Below are positions 39,730-53,310 of a stretch of 64,000 nucleotides of DNA, piece after piece. Under the pieces are notes generated by a model. That model searched no databases, was not told the origin of the DNA, and saw only the letters and a list, made by a program, of their open reading frames with translations. The DNA is from an uncultured SAR86 cluster bacterium. Its GTDB lineage: Bacteria; Pseudomonadota; Gammaproteobacteria; Magnimaribacterales; D2472. Numbering within the stretch: position 1 is the stretch's first letter; each line of letters opens with the position of its first letter. The DNA is taken from contig CACJOM010000002.1 in assembly GCA_902595065.1 (NCBI GenBank), forward strand, positions 60,547 through 124,546, given 5' to 3'. The position numbers and the translations under genes are program-made.

Positions 39730-41304
39730 ATGAGTGAATTAGGTTTTTATAGATTTGCAAATTCACACCCTGATGAAATTGCCATCGTTGAACCATCTGA
39801 AAAGATATGGACAAGAGGTGAATTGCTTGCAAAAACTAATCAGCTAACCCATGCCTTGAGAGAGTTTGGAGTCAAGAGCGGTGATGTAGTAGCAACTGTG
39901 CTGCCTAACTCCGTTGAATACTACATAGCTTACCTTGCATGTGCGCAATCTGGCTTTTATATGGTCCCCATTAACTGGCATCTAGCTGGACCAGAAATAG
40001 CATACATTCTTGAAGATTCAGGAGCGAGAGCATTTATTGCCTCTGGCGAAGTCGCCGCCATGGAAGAAGCATGCCAAAAAGCTGTTTCAGCAATTAATTT
40101 TCCAGAGCAAGGATGCATTAGCACAACTCCAATGAATGGATTTACGCATTTAAATGATTTTATAAGCTCTCAACCAACGACCAATCCAGAAGAAAGAACT
40201 GCTGGTCAAGTCATGAATTACACATCTGGCACAACCGGAAAACCAAAGGGTGTTAAACGCGCATTAGTTCCTGGCGACCCTGATGATGTGTTGAGCATGT
40301 TTGCAATGATACTGAGTTTTTTTGAAATTCAACCGCAGGAAAAAAATGTTCACATCGTTGGATCCCCTCTTTATCATACTGCGGTTTTGGTTCACTCTTC
40401 GGCAGCTTTACATTATGGACATTCTGTTGTTCTGATGGAAAAATTTGACGCGCAGCAAATGCTTTATCTTATTGATAAATACAAAGTTACAACAAGTCAC
40501 ATGGTTCCAACTCAGTTTCATAGGTTGTTGCAGTTGCCAGATGAAACCAGAAAAAAATATGATTGCTCATCAACTCGTGCAATGATTCATGCTGCTGCGC
40601 CCTGCCCAATTCATACTAAGCAAGCAATGATTGAATGGTGGGGAAATTCTATCTGGGAATATTATGCTGCCACAGAAGGAGGTGGAACGGTTGTTGATGC
40701 TCAGTCATGGTCAAAGTTTCCTGGAACAGTTGGTAAAGCATGGCCGGGAGCCGAAATAAAAATTATCAATGATGATGGAATCGAAGCTGAAACAGATAAT
40801 CAAGGTACGGTTTTTATGAAGCTTGGTGAAGCAACAAAATTTGAGTACAAGGGTGATCAAGCAAAGACAAAAAAAGAACGGTTAGTAATTGATGATCAGG
40901 TTTACTTTACTGTGGGTGACATAGGATATTTAAATGATGAGGGATATTTATTTCTGTGTGATAGGAAGATAGATATGATTATCTCAGGTGGAGCCAATAT
41001 ATACCCAGCTGAGATTGAGAGCGCTTTTCTAATGCATCCCGCTGTTGCTGATGTTGCAGTATTTGGGATTCCGAATGATGAGTGGGGAGAAGAGGTAAAA
41101 GCTGTTGTAGAGCTTAACAAGGATTACCAGTCTTCTGATGAGCTTCTTGCAGAACTGATGAACTTTGCACAGGAAAATCTTGCAAAAATGAAACTACCAA
41201 GAAGCATAGATTTTATTGAAAAACTTCCTAGAGATGAAAATGGTAAATTATACAAAAGAAGACTCAGAGATCCCTACTGGGAAAATCATTCTTCAAACGT
41301 CTAA
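39730..41304 (+). CDS. acyl-CoA synthetase / AMP-dependent ligase
   Basis: 524-aa ORF. AMP-binding motif YTSGTTGKPKGV, YYAATEGG, GDIGYLNDEGYL and a C-terminal KLYKRRLR are present. Confidence 0.8.
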   Translation: MSELGFYRFANSHPDEIAIVEPSEKIWTRGELLAKTNQLTHALREFGVKSGDVVATVLPNSVEYYIAYLACAQSGFYMVPINWHLAGPEIAYILEDSGARAFIASGEVAAMEEACQKAVSAINFPEQGCISTTPMNGFTHLNDFISSQPTTNPEERTAGQVMNYTSGTTGKPKGVKRALVPGDPDDVLSMFAMILSFFEIQPQEKNVHIVGSPLYHTAVLVHSSAALHYGHSVVLMEKFDAQQMLYLIDKYKVTTSHMVPTQFHRLLQLPDETRKKYDCSSTRAMIHAAAPCPIHTKQAMIEWWGNSIWEYYAATEGGGTVVDAQSWSKFPGTVGKAWPGAEIKIINDDGIEAETDNQGTVFMKLGEATKFEYKGDQAKTKKERLVIDDQVYFTVGDIGYLNDEGYLFLCDRKIDMIISGGANIYPAEIESAFLMHPAVADVAVFGIPNDEWGEEVKAVVELNKDYQSSDELLAELMNFAQENLAKMKLPRSIDFIEKLPRDENGKLYKRRLRDPYWENHSSNV

Positions 41305-42938
41305 TGGAGTTTAATGCTGCTGATATTTTTGAGGGAGTTGTAGATAGGATCCCTTATAGAGAAGCAGTGGTTCTTGGATCTACTCGCCTAACTTACCAAG
41401 AGTTAGATGCACGAACTAACAAAGCAGCAAATGCCTTAAAAAAACTTGGAATTAAAAAAGGTAGTCATATCGGAATTTATGCTTTCAATTGCATAGAGTG
41501 GCTAGAGGTGATGCTTGGGGCATATAAATTATGTGCAATTCCTATAAATATTAACTATAGATATGTAGAAGAGGAACTCAAATATCTAATTGATAACGCG
41601 GACATGGAAGCTGTCTTTTATCACAAGCAGTTTGGTGAAAAACTCAATAATATTAGAAATGATCTGCCTCTATTAAAAGATTTCATTTGTATTAATGATG
41701 GCTCAGGGGCTGATGATGTAATTGAAGAGAGTTATGATTTTGAGGCTCTTATCTCAAATGAAGATGATTCAAGACTAAGTGTTGAACGATCGGGTGACGA
41801 TAGATACATACTATACACGGGTGGCACGACTGGTATGCCAAAAGGCGTTGTCTGGCGTATGGAAGATGTGCTGATGACTCTAGGAGGTGGCATTGATGCA
41901 GTAACTGGAGAAAAATATCCCACTCCTGAGGCATTTGCAGATAAATGCTTGCAAGACCAAACAACTGCTCTTGCATTAGCCCCACTCATGCATGGCGCTG
42001 CTCAATGGCAATCGTTTAATGCTTTTTTTTCAGGTTGGAAATTCATTCTTAATGATCAAATTTCATTTGACGCGAATTATATTTGGGAAATTATTGCAAA
42101 AGAAAAAGTGATGAATCTAACTATCACAGGCGATGCAATGGGAAGACCGCTTTGTGACGCACTCCCCTCCGCATTAGAAAAAGGTTTAGACCTATCATCA
42201 TTATTTGTTCTGGCAAGCACTGCATCTGTTTTCAGTGCATCCATCAAAGATACCATCCTGGAATATCTACCAAATCTTTTTCTTATAGATGCAGTGGGAT
42301 CATCTGAAACTGGAGCAACGGGTGTAAACATTCATACGAAAGATGGAAAATTAAAAGATTCTGGCGGGGGTCCAAAATTTACAAAACCTAACTTTAGTGA
42401 AATTGTAAATCTTGAAACATTAGAAATAATCCAACCTAGTGACACGGCAACTATTGGTTATTTGGCAAGAAAGGGGCATGTACCGGTTGCATACTATAAA
42501 GACGAGGAAAAATCTAAAAAAACCTTTATTGAGATTAATGGAGAAAGATATTCAATACCAGGAGATATGGCTAAATATGAGGAAGATGGTCAGATGACTC
42601 TTCTTGGAAGAGGAAGTGTTTCAATTAATTCAGGCGGAGAAAAAATATTCCCAGAAGAAGTTGAAATGGCTCTGAAAGCTCATCCAAACATATTTGATTG
42701 CCTGGTAGTTGGAGTTAAAGATGAAAGATGGGGGCAAAAAGTTGTTGCTGTAATTCAAAGAAGAGAAAACTCTGAGCTCTCCCTCAATGAAATAAAAGAT
42801 ACTGCCTCAAAATATATAGCCAGTTACAAAATGCCAAAAGAAATAGTTTTTTCTGAATTGATAGAAAGAGCTCCATCAGGTAAGCCTAATTATCAATGGG
42901 CGCAAAAATTTGCTAATTCACAATTAAACATAAAATAA
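41304..42938 (+). CDS. acyl-CoA synthetase / AMP-dependent ligase (second, divergent paralogue)
   Basis: 544-aa ORF. YTGGTTGMPKGV, GSSETG, GDMAKYEEDGQMTLLGR and SGKPNY are present. Its start overlaps the upstream stop (TAATG). Confidence 0.8.
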   Translation: MEFNAADIFEGVVDRIPYREAVVLGSTRLTYQELDARTNKAANALKKLGIKKGSHIGIYAFNCIEWLEVMLGAYKLCAIPININYRYVEEELKYLIDNADMEAVFYHKQFGEKLNNIRNDLPLLKDFICINDGSGADDVIEESYDFEALISNEDDSRLSVERSGDDRYILYTGGTTGMPKGVVWRMEDVLMTLGGGIDAVTGEKYPTPEAFADKCLQDQTTALALAPLMHGAAQWQSFNAFFSGWKFILNDQISFDANYIWEIIAKEKVMNLTITGDAMGRPLCDALPSALEKGLDLSSLFVLASTASVFSASIKDTILEYLPNLFLIDAVGSSETGATGVNIHTKDGKLKDSGGGPKFTKPNFSEIVNLETLEIIQPSDTATIGYLARKGHVPVAYYKDEEKSKKTFIEINGERYSIPGDMAKYEEDGQMTLLGRGSVSINSGGEKIFPEEVEMALKAHPNIFDCLVVGVKDERWGQKVVAVIQRRENSELSLNEIKDTASKYIASYKMPKEIVFSELIERAPSGKPNYQWAQKFANSQLNIK

Positions 42939-42940
42939 TT

Positions 42941-43963
42941 ATGAGAATTGAGACTTATATTCCCGGTTTATCTAAAAATACCATCGAAATAGTTAAGCAT
43001 GCTGAATCTCTTGGATATGATGCGCTGGTTTCTGGGGAGCTAAACAATGAGCCTTTCCTACCTGTTCTGCTTGGATTGGAACATTCCAAAAAAATGATTG
43101 TAAGAACTGGATTAGCTATAGCTTTTCCAAGAAGTCCTATGACCGTTGCTAACATGGGTTGGGACTTACAGTCATTTAGCGATGGTCGTTTTCAACTTGG
43201 CTTAGGAACTCAAGTTAAAGGTCATAATGAAAGAAGGTTCAGCGTACCTTGGTCTCCACCAGCACCAAGAATGCGAGAATATATTCTTGCCGTCAAAGCT
43301 ATTTGGAACACATGGAAAACAGGGGAAAAATTAGACTTTCAAGGCGAGCACTATACCCATACCCTTATGACCCCAATGTTTACTCCGCCACCTATGGATT
43401 GCGATGTCCCTCCAATTTATGTTTCTGGTCTTGGGCCTGGAATGGCAAGAATCGCTGGTGAAGTAGCTGACGGATTATTGCTTCATCCCATGTGCTCTCC
43501 AAAATACATAAATGATATTATTTTGCCAGCAGTAACCGAGGGCGCAAAAAAGTCGAACAGAGATCCTAAAGAATGTGAATTACTTTGGGGCGGATTCATA
43601 GCAACCGGAGAAACAGAAGAAGATCTTAAAACAGCTAAGAGAAATGTTGCTGCGAGGATAAGTTTTTATGCTTCAACTAGAACCTATAGACCGGCTCTAG
43701 ATTTTCATGGCTGGGGCGATGTTAATGAAGCTTTGCATAAATTATCTGTGGAAGGAAAATGGGAAGAAATGTTTGCTTTGGTCACAGATGAAATGGTTGA
43801 AACTTTAGGATTTTGTGGCACTGGTGAAGAAGTGGCTAACAGCTTGAAAGATAATCTGGGCCCTATCTGCAGTGCTGCAATGTGGAATGAAGTCGAACAT
43901 CTTGGCACTGATCATTCTAAAGATGAGCATGTGAGTCATTTAATTCAAATTGCAAAAGGATAA
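42941..43963 (+). CDS. luciferase-like (LLM) flavin/F420-dependent oxidoreductase
   Basis: 340-aa ORF with TIM-barrel LLM features (GRFQLGLGTQVKGH..RF). From memory it resembles the 'probable F420-dependent oxidoreductase' LLM subclass. The cofactor cannot be determined from the sequence alone. Confidence 0.65.
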   Translation: MRIETYIPGLSKNTIEIVKHAESLGYDALVSGELNNEPFLPVLLGLEHSKKMIVRTGLAIAFPRSPMTVANMGWDLQSFSDGRFQLGLGTQVKGHNERRFSVPWSPPAPRMREYILAVKAIWNTWKTGEKLDFQGEHYTHTLMTPMFTPPPMDCDVPPIYVSGLGPGMARIAGEVADGLLLHPMCSPKYINDIILPAVTEGAKKSNRDPKECELLWGGFIATGETEEDLKTAKRNVAARISFYASTRTYRPALDFHGWGDVNEALHKLSVEGKWEEMFALVTDEMVETLGFCGTGEEVANSLKDNLGPICSAAMWNEVEHLGTDHSKDEHVSHLIQIAKG

Positions 43964-45388
43964 ATGATTTCTATAAAACCTCATGCGTATGCTGAGCTTC
44001 CTCAAGAATTCTATACTCTCCAAAATTGGCAAGGCTTTAATAATCCCTTGCTCATTATTGAAAATTCTCAACTGAAAAAAGAGTTAGGCCTTGAAAATAT
44101 TAAGAAGCAAGAACTTTTAGATATTTTTAACGGCTCTTCATCAATTGAAAATCTCAAACCCCTATCCATGGCATATTCTGGCCATCAGTTTGGGCAATAT
44201 GTAGAACAATTAGGAGATGGCAGAGGATTATTGCTAGGGGAGATAGATTCATCAGAAGGCTTGATTGATATCCATCTTAAGGGAGCTGGTAAAACTCCCT
44301 ACTCTAGATTTGGGGACGGGCGAGCTGTTTTAAGGTCTGTGATTAGAGAATATTTATGTGGAGAAGCAATGCATGCTTTATCAATTCCAACATCAAGAGC
44401 TTTAATGATTATTGGCAGTGATGAAATGGTTATCAGAGAAAAAAGCGAAACGGCGGCAATGCTTGCAAGAACAGCCAAAACACACATCAGATTTGGCAAT
44501 TTTGAATACTTTCATTACAACAATAAACCAGAGCATGTGAAAGTTTTAGCTGACTTTTGCATTGATAACTATCCTGCTTACTTTTCAAGAACTAAAAATA
44601 AATATGAAGACTTCTTTAGGTCAGTTGTTAAGCATACGGCATGCATGATAGCTCAGTGGCAAGCCTGTGGCTTTAGCCATGGAGTTATGAATACTGACAA
44701 TATGAGTATCTTAGGAGAGACATTTGATTATGGTCCATATGGTTTTATGGAAGACTATCTTCCAAGTTATGTCTGCAATCACTCTGATCATCAAGGAAGA
44801 TATGCATTTAAGAACCAGCCATATATAGGATTGTGGAACTGCTCTGCTCTTGGCCATGCATTGTCCTCACTAATTTCTGAGGAAAGCCAAGATGAAATCC
44901 TGAAGACATATGAATCAATTTTTCAAAATAAGTTAGCTGAGCTATATCGAAAAAAACTTGGATTTATAAATTCACATAATGAGGATGCTCAATTAATTCA
45001 GGGTCTGTTAGATATCATGGAATCTGAAAAACTAGATTATACAAACACATTTAGAAATCTTGCTCAGGCTGTAACTGAAGTCAAAACAAATGAACTAAAT
45101 TCAGATATTGCTATGTCTTGGATCAAATCCTATCAAGAGCGCCATCACAAAGAATCTGAACCTATTGTTGAAAAAATATTGGTCATGAATGCAAATAATC
45201 CGAAATATATTCTAAGAAATTATATGGCGCAGGAAGTTATAGAAGCAGCTGAAAATTCAGATTACTCAACTCTTGGAACATTGATTGAAGTAATTACTTT
45301 TCCTTATGATGAGCTAGAGAAATATGAACATTTTGCTTGCAGATCACCAGATTGGGCGAAAAACTTAGAAATTTCCTGTTCTTCTTAA
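43964..45388 (+). CDS. selO: protein adenylyltransferase SelO (YdiU)
   Basis: 474-aa ORF. YSGHQFG, GDGRAVLRSVIREYLCGEAMHALSIPTSRAL and NTDNMSILGETFDYGP are present. The C-terminal ...SCSS has Cys at the position of Sec in human SELENOO. The ATG abuts the upstream stop. Confidence 0.9.
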   Translation: MISIKPHAYAELPQEFYTLQNWQGFNNPLLIIENSQLKKELGLENIKKQELLDIFNGSSSIENLKPLSMAYSGHQFGQYVEQLGDGRGLLLGEIDSSEGLIDIHLKGAGKTPYSRFGDGRAVLRSVIREYLCGEAMHALSIPTSRALMIIGSDEMVIREKSETAAMLARTAKTHIRFGNFEYFHYNNKPEHVKVLADFCIDNYPAYFSRTKNKYEDFFRSVVKHTACMIAQWQACGFSHGVMNTDNMSILGETFDYGPYGFMEDYLPSYVCNHSDHQGRYAFKNQPYIGLWNCSALGHALSSLISEESQDEILKTYESIFQNKLAELYRKKLGFINSHNEDAQLIQGLLDIMESEKLDYTNTFRNLAQAVTEVKTNELNSDIAMSWIKSYQERHHKESEPIVEKILVMNANNPKYILRNYMAQEVIEAAENSDYSTLGTLIEVITFPYDELEKYEHFACRSPDWAKNLEISCSS

Positions 45389-46495
45389 TTCATTAAAAAA
45401 TTTAAGGTCTATATCTTCGTCTAGTATTTTTATATCTTTAAATGAATAGAAATTAAAATCATGTCTTGGAGGATGATTTGCCCTTTGGGATGCGAAATCT
45501 TTTTCTAAATCTTTTCTCTGTACAGCCTTTAATTCATCTGAAATTAATTTTAAGTCAAGTTCTTTATGAAAAACGGAAGCCGGGAATGAGAGCTCACGAA
45601 TATCTTTAATTATTTTATGAAACCCATACGGCCAATCTGCAGGGATCTTTGATTTCGCTGGTTGAATTTTTAAACAATTAAATGCTTTTGCACATTCCTC
45701 AGCAATAATTTTAGCTCCATTTAACTTTCCATCTAAGCTATAGCCTGCGATATGGGGTGTTGCAATATAAGATTTTTTAATTATTTCTAGGTTTGGGTTA
45801 GGTTCATTTTTCCAAACATCAGAAATATAAATTAAGTTATTCGATTCAAATACTAAAGCTTCGCATACAATCTCTCCCCTAGATGTATTAATGAGGATTT
45901 TATTTGACACTTTCTTAATATGAGATTCATTAATTAAATTATATGTTGGATGTTCGCCTGTCTCTGACAGGGGTGCATGAATAGTTATCAGATCACATTC
46001 AAGAACGCTATCTAAATCTACTAATTCAGAATGTGGGAGAAATGGGTCACATGCATAAACTTTAAAGTTTAAAGACTGAAGAATTTTATATAACCGTCTT
46101 CCAATATTACCATAACCAATTATTCCAATACTTTGGCTTGGATTGAAAAGATCGTCTTTTATTAACTCTCCAATTGCCGCCATGACATAATGAATAACAC
46201 TAAAAGCATTGCATCCAGGCGAATGAGACCAAGCAATATTTTGAGTATCTAAATAATTTATATCTAAGTGATTAATTCCTGCGGTTGCAGAACCAACATA
46301 GCTAATCCTTGTATCCTCACATATTCCCTGATTAACAAAAAGAGTTGAGCGGACTAACAGGGCATCAATATTTTTTAAATCAGCAGAAGACACAGTGTTT
46401 GAATCAAATGACTGAAATGAATACTCAGCATCGAAAAACTCAGCTAATCTGTTTTCAATTTCAGGGATCTGTGAATCTGCAGCTATGTTGATCAA
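45365..46495 (-). CDS. pdxB: erythronate-4-phosphate dehydrogenase
   Basis: 376-aa ORF. N-terminal architecture is like E. coli PdxB (...ALLVRS...VN), with NAD loop GIIGYGNIGRR and a C-terminal dimerisation domain. Confidence 0.8.
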   Translation of the reverse strand: MINIAADSQIPEIENRLAEFFDAEYSFQSFDSNTVSSADLKNIDALLVRSTLFVNQGICEDTRISYVGSATAGINHLDINYLDTQNIAWSHSPGCNAFSVIHYVMAAIGELIKDDLFNPSQSIGIIGYGNIGRRLYKILQSLNFKVYACDPFLPHSELVDLDSVLECDLITIHAPLSETGEHPTYNLINESHIKKVSNKILINTSRGEIVCEALVFESNNLIYISDVWKNEPNPNLEIIKKSYIATPHIAGYSLDGKLNGAKIIAEECAKAFNCLKIQPAKSKIPADWPYGFHKIIKDIRELSFPASVFHKELDLKLISDELKAVQRKDLEKDFASQRANHPPRHDFNFYSFKDIKILDEDIDLKFFNELRRTGNF

Positions 46496-47163
46496 TGGGA
46501 TTTATCCCTAAAGATCATGCTTTTTATCCAGCCTAAGAAAGAATTCTTACCAAGGGTATAGCGATCTAGCAAGTCAAAGTCTTTAGCAAGCTTGGCTGGA
46601 TCCTGAAAAAAATCTTCCCGCGTTATAAATTCATTTTCATCTAAATCTCTGATAAACACAGCAGGGTTTCCAGCGTAAATAGTATTTTTAGGAATATCCT
46701 TTGTGACAACTGACCTCGCTCCAATAATGCTATTTGCTCCAATTTTTACACCTTTACAAATCATCGCGTCCTCACCAATCCAAACATTTTCTTCCAACAC
46801 TACTGGTCTAGGATCTCCAACCACCTTTGTTCTGTCATAAATACCATGCCAGTCAGCATCCGTGATACATGCGCCGTGACCGAACATGCATGAATCTCCA
46901 ATAGAAACACTATCAGCGGCCATAATCCTGACCCCTGGGGAAATTAGAACATAATTTCCAATATCTACCATCCCATTCCAGTCACCAGTATCCCAGCTAG
47001 TGATCTGAATATAATCATCTGGTGCAGATATAAATGTTGGAAAATTTCCAACAGAAATATTAGAGCCAAATAATTTTATATACCATGGTTTAAAAAATAT
47101 GGGCCCTTTCCCTAACGATTTAAATTGGGGACGAATAAATCTGTTGACATATCTAATTGTCAA
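46492..47163 (-). CDS. left-handed beta-helix (hexapeptide-repeat) acetyltransferase
   Basis: 223-aa ORF with hexapeptide repeats (IGDSCMFGHGACI...VWIGEDAMICKGVKIGANSIIGARSVV), in the maltose/galactoside O-acetyltransferase-like family. There is a 4-nt overlap with pdxB. Confidence 0.7.
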   Translation of the reverse strand: MTIRYVNRFIRPQFKSLGKGPIFFKPWYIKLFGSNISVGNFPTFISAPDDYIQITSWDTGDWNGMVDIGNYVLISPGVRIMAADSVSIGDSCMFGHGACITDADWHGIYDRTKVVGDPRPVVLEENVWIGEDAMICKGVKIGANSIIGARSVVTKDIPKNTIYAGNPAVFIRDLDENEFITREDFFQDPAKLAKDFDLLDRYTLGKNSFLGWIKSMIFRDKSH

Positions 47164-47242
47164 TTTTGAAGATATTTTTTTAAGCCAATATGGGCGACTA
47201 TCTTTTCTAATTTTCTCTCTCCAATTTTATTTCAGTCCTTGT

Positions 47243-48646
47243 ATGATAAAGTACCGAGAAATTTCTGGGCTTATTTTTTTGAAAAACTTAATAAAAGAAT
47301 TAAAGCAATTACTCAAAATTGGAATTCCAATTTATGGATCTCAAATCTCATATATGGGTATGGGAGTAACAGATACTATTGTTGCAGGTCGAGCAAGTGC
47401 TCTTGATTTATCTGGGTTAGCTATTGGAAATGCTCTTTCCATGCCCTTTTATTTTCTTCTGGGAGGTTGTTTATTCGCAGTAACCCCAATAGTTGCACAA
47501 TTATTTGGGGCGAAAAAATATGAGGAAATTGGTCAAAAGGTAAGAGAGATTCTTTGGGTTGCATTAGTACTGGGTTTTATTGGTTTCATTCTTTATAGAA
47601 ATTTAAGTATTTTTATTCCTTTCTTTGATATTGAAGATAATATTGCACAGATTTCAGACGGATACTTAAAAGCCATGTCATTTGGTTTTGTTGCCAACAT
47701 GCTTTTTACCTGTCTACGTTGCTACAGCGAGGGCATGGGCCTCACTCTTCCAGTTTTTTGGGTTGCTTTTATTGGCATGTTGCTAAATATTCCGCTTGAT
47801 ATCATTTTTGTATATGGATATTTTGGAATACCTCCCATGGGAGGAGTTGGGTGTGGAATCGCAACATCAATTAATATTGTTATTGGTTTGTTTGTTTTGA
47901 TATTAGTAATTCTAAAAAAGAAGGAATACAAACCCACTAAATTATTCTCAAAATTTTCTGGCCCCAACTCTAACACCACCAAAGAAGCTTTAAAACTTGG
48001 AGCACCAATTGGGTTTGGAGTATTTGTAGAATTAAGTATGTTTTCAGGCGCGGCATTAATTCTGGGATCGCTTGGTGCAATAGTAATCAGTGCTCACACT
48101 GTAGCAATAAATATCGCTAGTGTTTTCTTTATTTTGCCTTTATCTTTTGGTCTGGCTGCAGCAACAAGAATAGGTCACCTTGTAGGGGAGAGAAATCTTT
48201 TACAAGCAAAGTATGCTTCTCATGTTGCTGTTTTAATATGTTTTGTTGGGGCAGTAGCAAATACCATAATAATTCTTGCCTTTAGGGAAGCTCTAGTTTC
48301 TCTTTATACTGCTGATGTTGCAGTTATCGCTATCGCGATGAATCTTCTCATCTTTGCTGCAATCTTTCAGATTCCTGATGGGATGCAAATGGGGGCCTTG
48401 GGCAGTCTTAGAGGTTACAAAGATACTTTTGCTCCAATGCTGATGCTAATTTTAACTTATTGGTTGATTGCCCTGCCAGGCGGATACTATCTTACTTACC
48501 ATGGAATATCGAGCAATTCTCTTGGTCCAGCTGGAATTTGGATTGGAATGATTACTGGGCTAACGGCATTTGCATGCCTAATAATTCCAAGACTAAATTA
48601 TATTGCAAATAAATTTATAGCTAGAGCTAGCCCAGAACTTCCTTAG
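47243..48646 (+). CDS. norM: MATE family multidrug efflux transporter
   Basis: The track ORF opens at 47099 inside the divergent gene. The first plausible start is ATG 47243 ([10 protein letters not shown]...). There are 12 TM spans, and [11 protein letters not shown] is similar to NorM. Confidence 0.8.
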   Translation: MIKYREISGLIFLKNLIKELKQLLKIGIPIYGSQISYMGMGVTDTIVAGRASALDLSGLAIGNALSMPFYFLLGGCLFAVTPIVAQLFGAKKYEEIGQKVREILWVALVLGFIGFILYRNLSIFIPFFDIEDNIAQISDGYLKAMSFGFVANMLFTCLRCYSEGMGLTLPVFWVAFIGMLLNIPLDIIFVYGYFGIPPMGGVGCGIATSINIVIGLFVLILVILKKKEYKPTKLFSKFSGPNSNTTKEALKLGAPIGFGVFVELSMFSGAALILGSLGAIVISAHTVAINIASVFFILPLSFGLAAATRIGHLVGERNLLQAKYASHVAVLICFVGAVANTIIILAFREALVSLYTADVAVIAIAMNLLIFAAIFQIPDGMQMGALGSLRGYKDTFAPMLMLILTYWLIALPGGYYLTYHGISSNSLGPAGIWIGMITGLTAFACLIIPRLNYIANKFIARASPELP

Positions 48647-49492
48647 TCTTTGCACCAATTTGAAGGAGATTCTCCGCTATATGAACACCACACTCTTTGA
48701 GCTTCTTAATTTTGTCTGCGGCTGTTCCTTTCCCGCCAGCAATAATTGCTCCTGCATGCCCCATTCTCTTTCCTGCAGGCGCTGTTTGTCCTGCAATATA
48801 TGAAATTACAGGCTTTGAAATATTATCTTTGATATATTCAGCGGCTTCTTCTTCAGCTGTTCCTCCAATTTCACCAACCATGACTATGGCTTTAGTTTGA
48901 TCATCTAACTCCATCATCTTCAGAACATCAATAAATGATGTTCCAGGAATTGGATCTCCTCCAATACCAACACACGTGCTCTGACCAAGACCAAGATCAC
49001 TAGTTTGCTGCACAGCCTCATAAGTCAAAGTACCAGACCTGGAAATAATTCCAACTGAGCCTTGCAAATGAATACTGCCTGGCATAATTCCTAACTTTGC
49101 TTCACCTGGAGTTATGATTCCTGGACAGTTAGGACCGATTAATGTGATGCCCAGCTCATCAACTCTCTTTTTAACTATGAGCATGTCTAAGGTTGGCACT
49201 CCCTCTGTAATGCATATTATTAATTTAATTCCAGCATCAGCCGCCTCTAAAATAGAGTCTTTACAAAATTGCGCTGGAACAAAAATAATTGAAGCATTTG
49301 GTTGAACCGCTTCTACAGCCTCATGCACTGAATTAAAGACAGGAACACCTAGATGGGTTTGCCCTCCTTTACCTGGAGTGACTCCACCAACAATATTTGT
49401 TCCATATTCAATAGATTGCTCTGAATGTAAAGTAGCTTGGGAGCCAGTGAAACCCTGAACTAAAAGACGTGTATTTTTATCTACTAATATGC

Positions 49493-49496
<4 letters not shown>
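48627..49496 (-). CDS. sucD: succinyl-CoA synthetase alpha subunit
   Basis: 289-aa [23 protein letters not shown] and the catalytic MGHAGAI are present. Confidence 0.95.
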
Positions 49497-52080
<2,584 letters not shown>

Positions 52081-53301
52081 TCATAAATTTAAAAGAAGTT
52101 TTTCAGGGGACTCTAATTGATCCTTTATAACAATTAAAAATGCTACAGCCTCCTTCCCATCTAGAAGTCGGTGATCATAACTAAGAGCTAGGTACATCAT
52201 AGGCCTGATAACTATTTCGCCGTCTATAACAACTGGTCTATCTTGAATAGTATGCATTCCCAAAATAGCAGTTTGTGGAGCATTCAAGATTGGAGTAGAT
52301 AACAATGATCCAAAAACGCCGCCATTTGAAATAGTAAAAGTACCACCCTGCATTTCAGCTATTGAAAGCTTTCCACTCTTAGCTTTGTCTGAATAATCTA
52401 GGATTGATTTTTCAACATCTGCTAATCTTAAATTATCCGCATCTCTAATTACTGGAACAACGAGACCTCTTTCAGTTGAAACAGCTACGCCTACATCCTG
52501 ATAACCATGATATACAATATCACTTCCATCAATGGATGCATTGACTACAGGGAATTTTTTTAGAGCCTGGACTGCTGCAAGAACAAAGAAGCCCATAAAG
52601 CCAAGCTTTACTCCATGCTCAGTGAAAAAATCTTCTCCAAATTTAGCTCTTAGATCTTTAATGGGTTTTAAGTTCACTTCATTGAATGTAGTAAGCATTG
52701 CTGTCTCTTGCTTCACACTTAATAATCTATTGGCTATAGTTGAGCGCAATCTAGACATTGGCACTCTTTCTTCTAACCTATCAGTTGAAATTTCAAGAGC
52801 AGGCGAATCATTTTGCTTTGTAGTCTTTTTATCTTCTAAAGGTTCGTCGAGATGATTGACTATGTCCGCCTTGGTAATCCTTCCATCTTTTCCTGAGCCA
52901 TCAATGCTATCCTCATCCAAATCATGTTCTTTTAATAATTTTTTTACTGCAGGTCCATTTGCTTTGGATTGATTCACATTTGGTTTAATACTTTCTGCTT
53001 TGCCTTCATTGCTAATTTTAGAAACATCATCAGCAGATGATTGAATGTCACCTTCAGGTTGACCTCCTTGCTCAAACTCTGCTATTAATTCAGCGCTTAG
53101 TACTACCTCACCTGCAGGTTTTAAAACCTTCGAGATAATTCCATCAAATGGAGCTACAACCTCTAAGACAACTTTATCGGTTTCGATTTCAGCAATAACT
53201 TCATCTTGTTTTACAGATTCACCTTCTTTCTTAACCCAATTTGCAATGGTTCCATCTGCCACAGATTCTGGGAATGTTGGGGATTTAATTTCAATTGACA
53301 T
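52081..53301 (-). CDS. sucB: 2-oxoglutarate dehydrogenase E2, dihydrolipoyllysine succinyltransferase
   Basis: 406-aa ORF. It has a single lipoyl domain ([10 protein letters not shown]), an E3-binding domain and the catalytic DHRLLDG. Confidence 0.95.
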   Translation of the reverse strand: MSIEIKSPTFPESVADGTIANWVKKEGESVKQDEVIAEIETDKVVLEVVAPFDGIISKVLKPAGEVVLSAELIAEFEQGGQPEGDIQSSADDVSKISNEGKAESIKPNVNQSKANGPAVKKLLKEHDLDEDSIDGSGKDGRITKADIVNHLDEPLEDKKTTKQNDSPALEISTDRLEERVPMSRLRSTIANRLLSVKQETAMLTTFNEVNLKPIKDLRAKFGEDFFTEHGVKLGFMGFFVLAAVQALKKFPVVNASIDGSDIVYHGYQDVGVAVSTERGLVVPVIRDADNLRLADVEKSILDYSDKAKSGKLSIAEMQGGTFTISNGGVFGSLLSTPILNAPQTAILGMHTIQDRPVVIDGEIVIRPMMYLALSYDHRLLDGKEAVAFLIVIKDQLESPEKLLLNL

Positions 53302-53310
53302 AATTATTCT

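Noticed and set aside
47099-47242. N-terminal 48 codons of the MATE ORF overlapping the divergent acetyltransferase gene
   Set aside because: The segment is not hydrophobic or MATE-like and overlaps the start of gene 46492-47163. The first ATG (47243) gives a normal MATE N-terminus.
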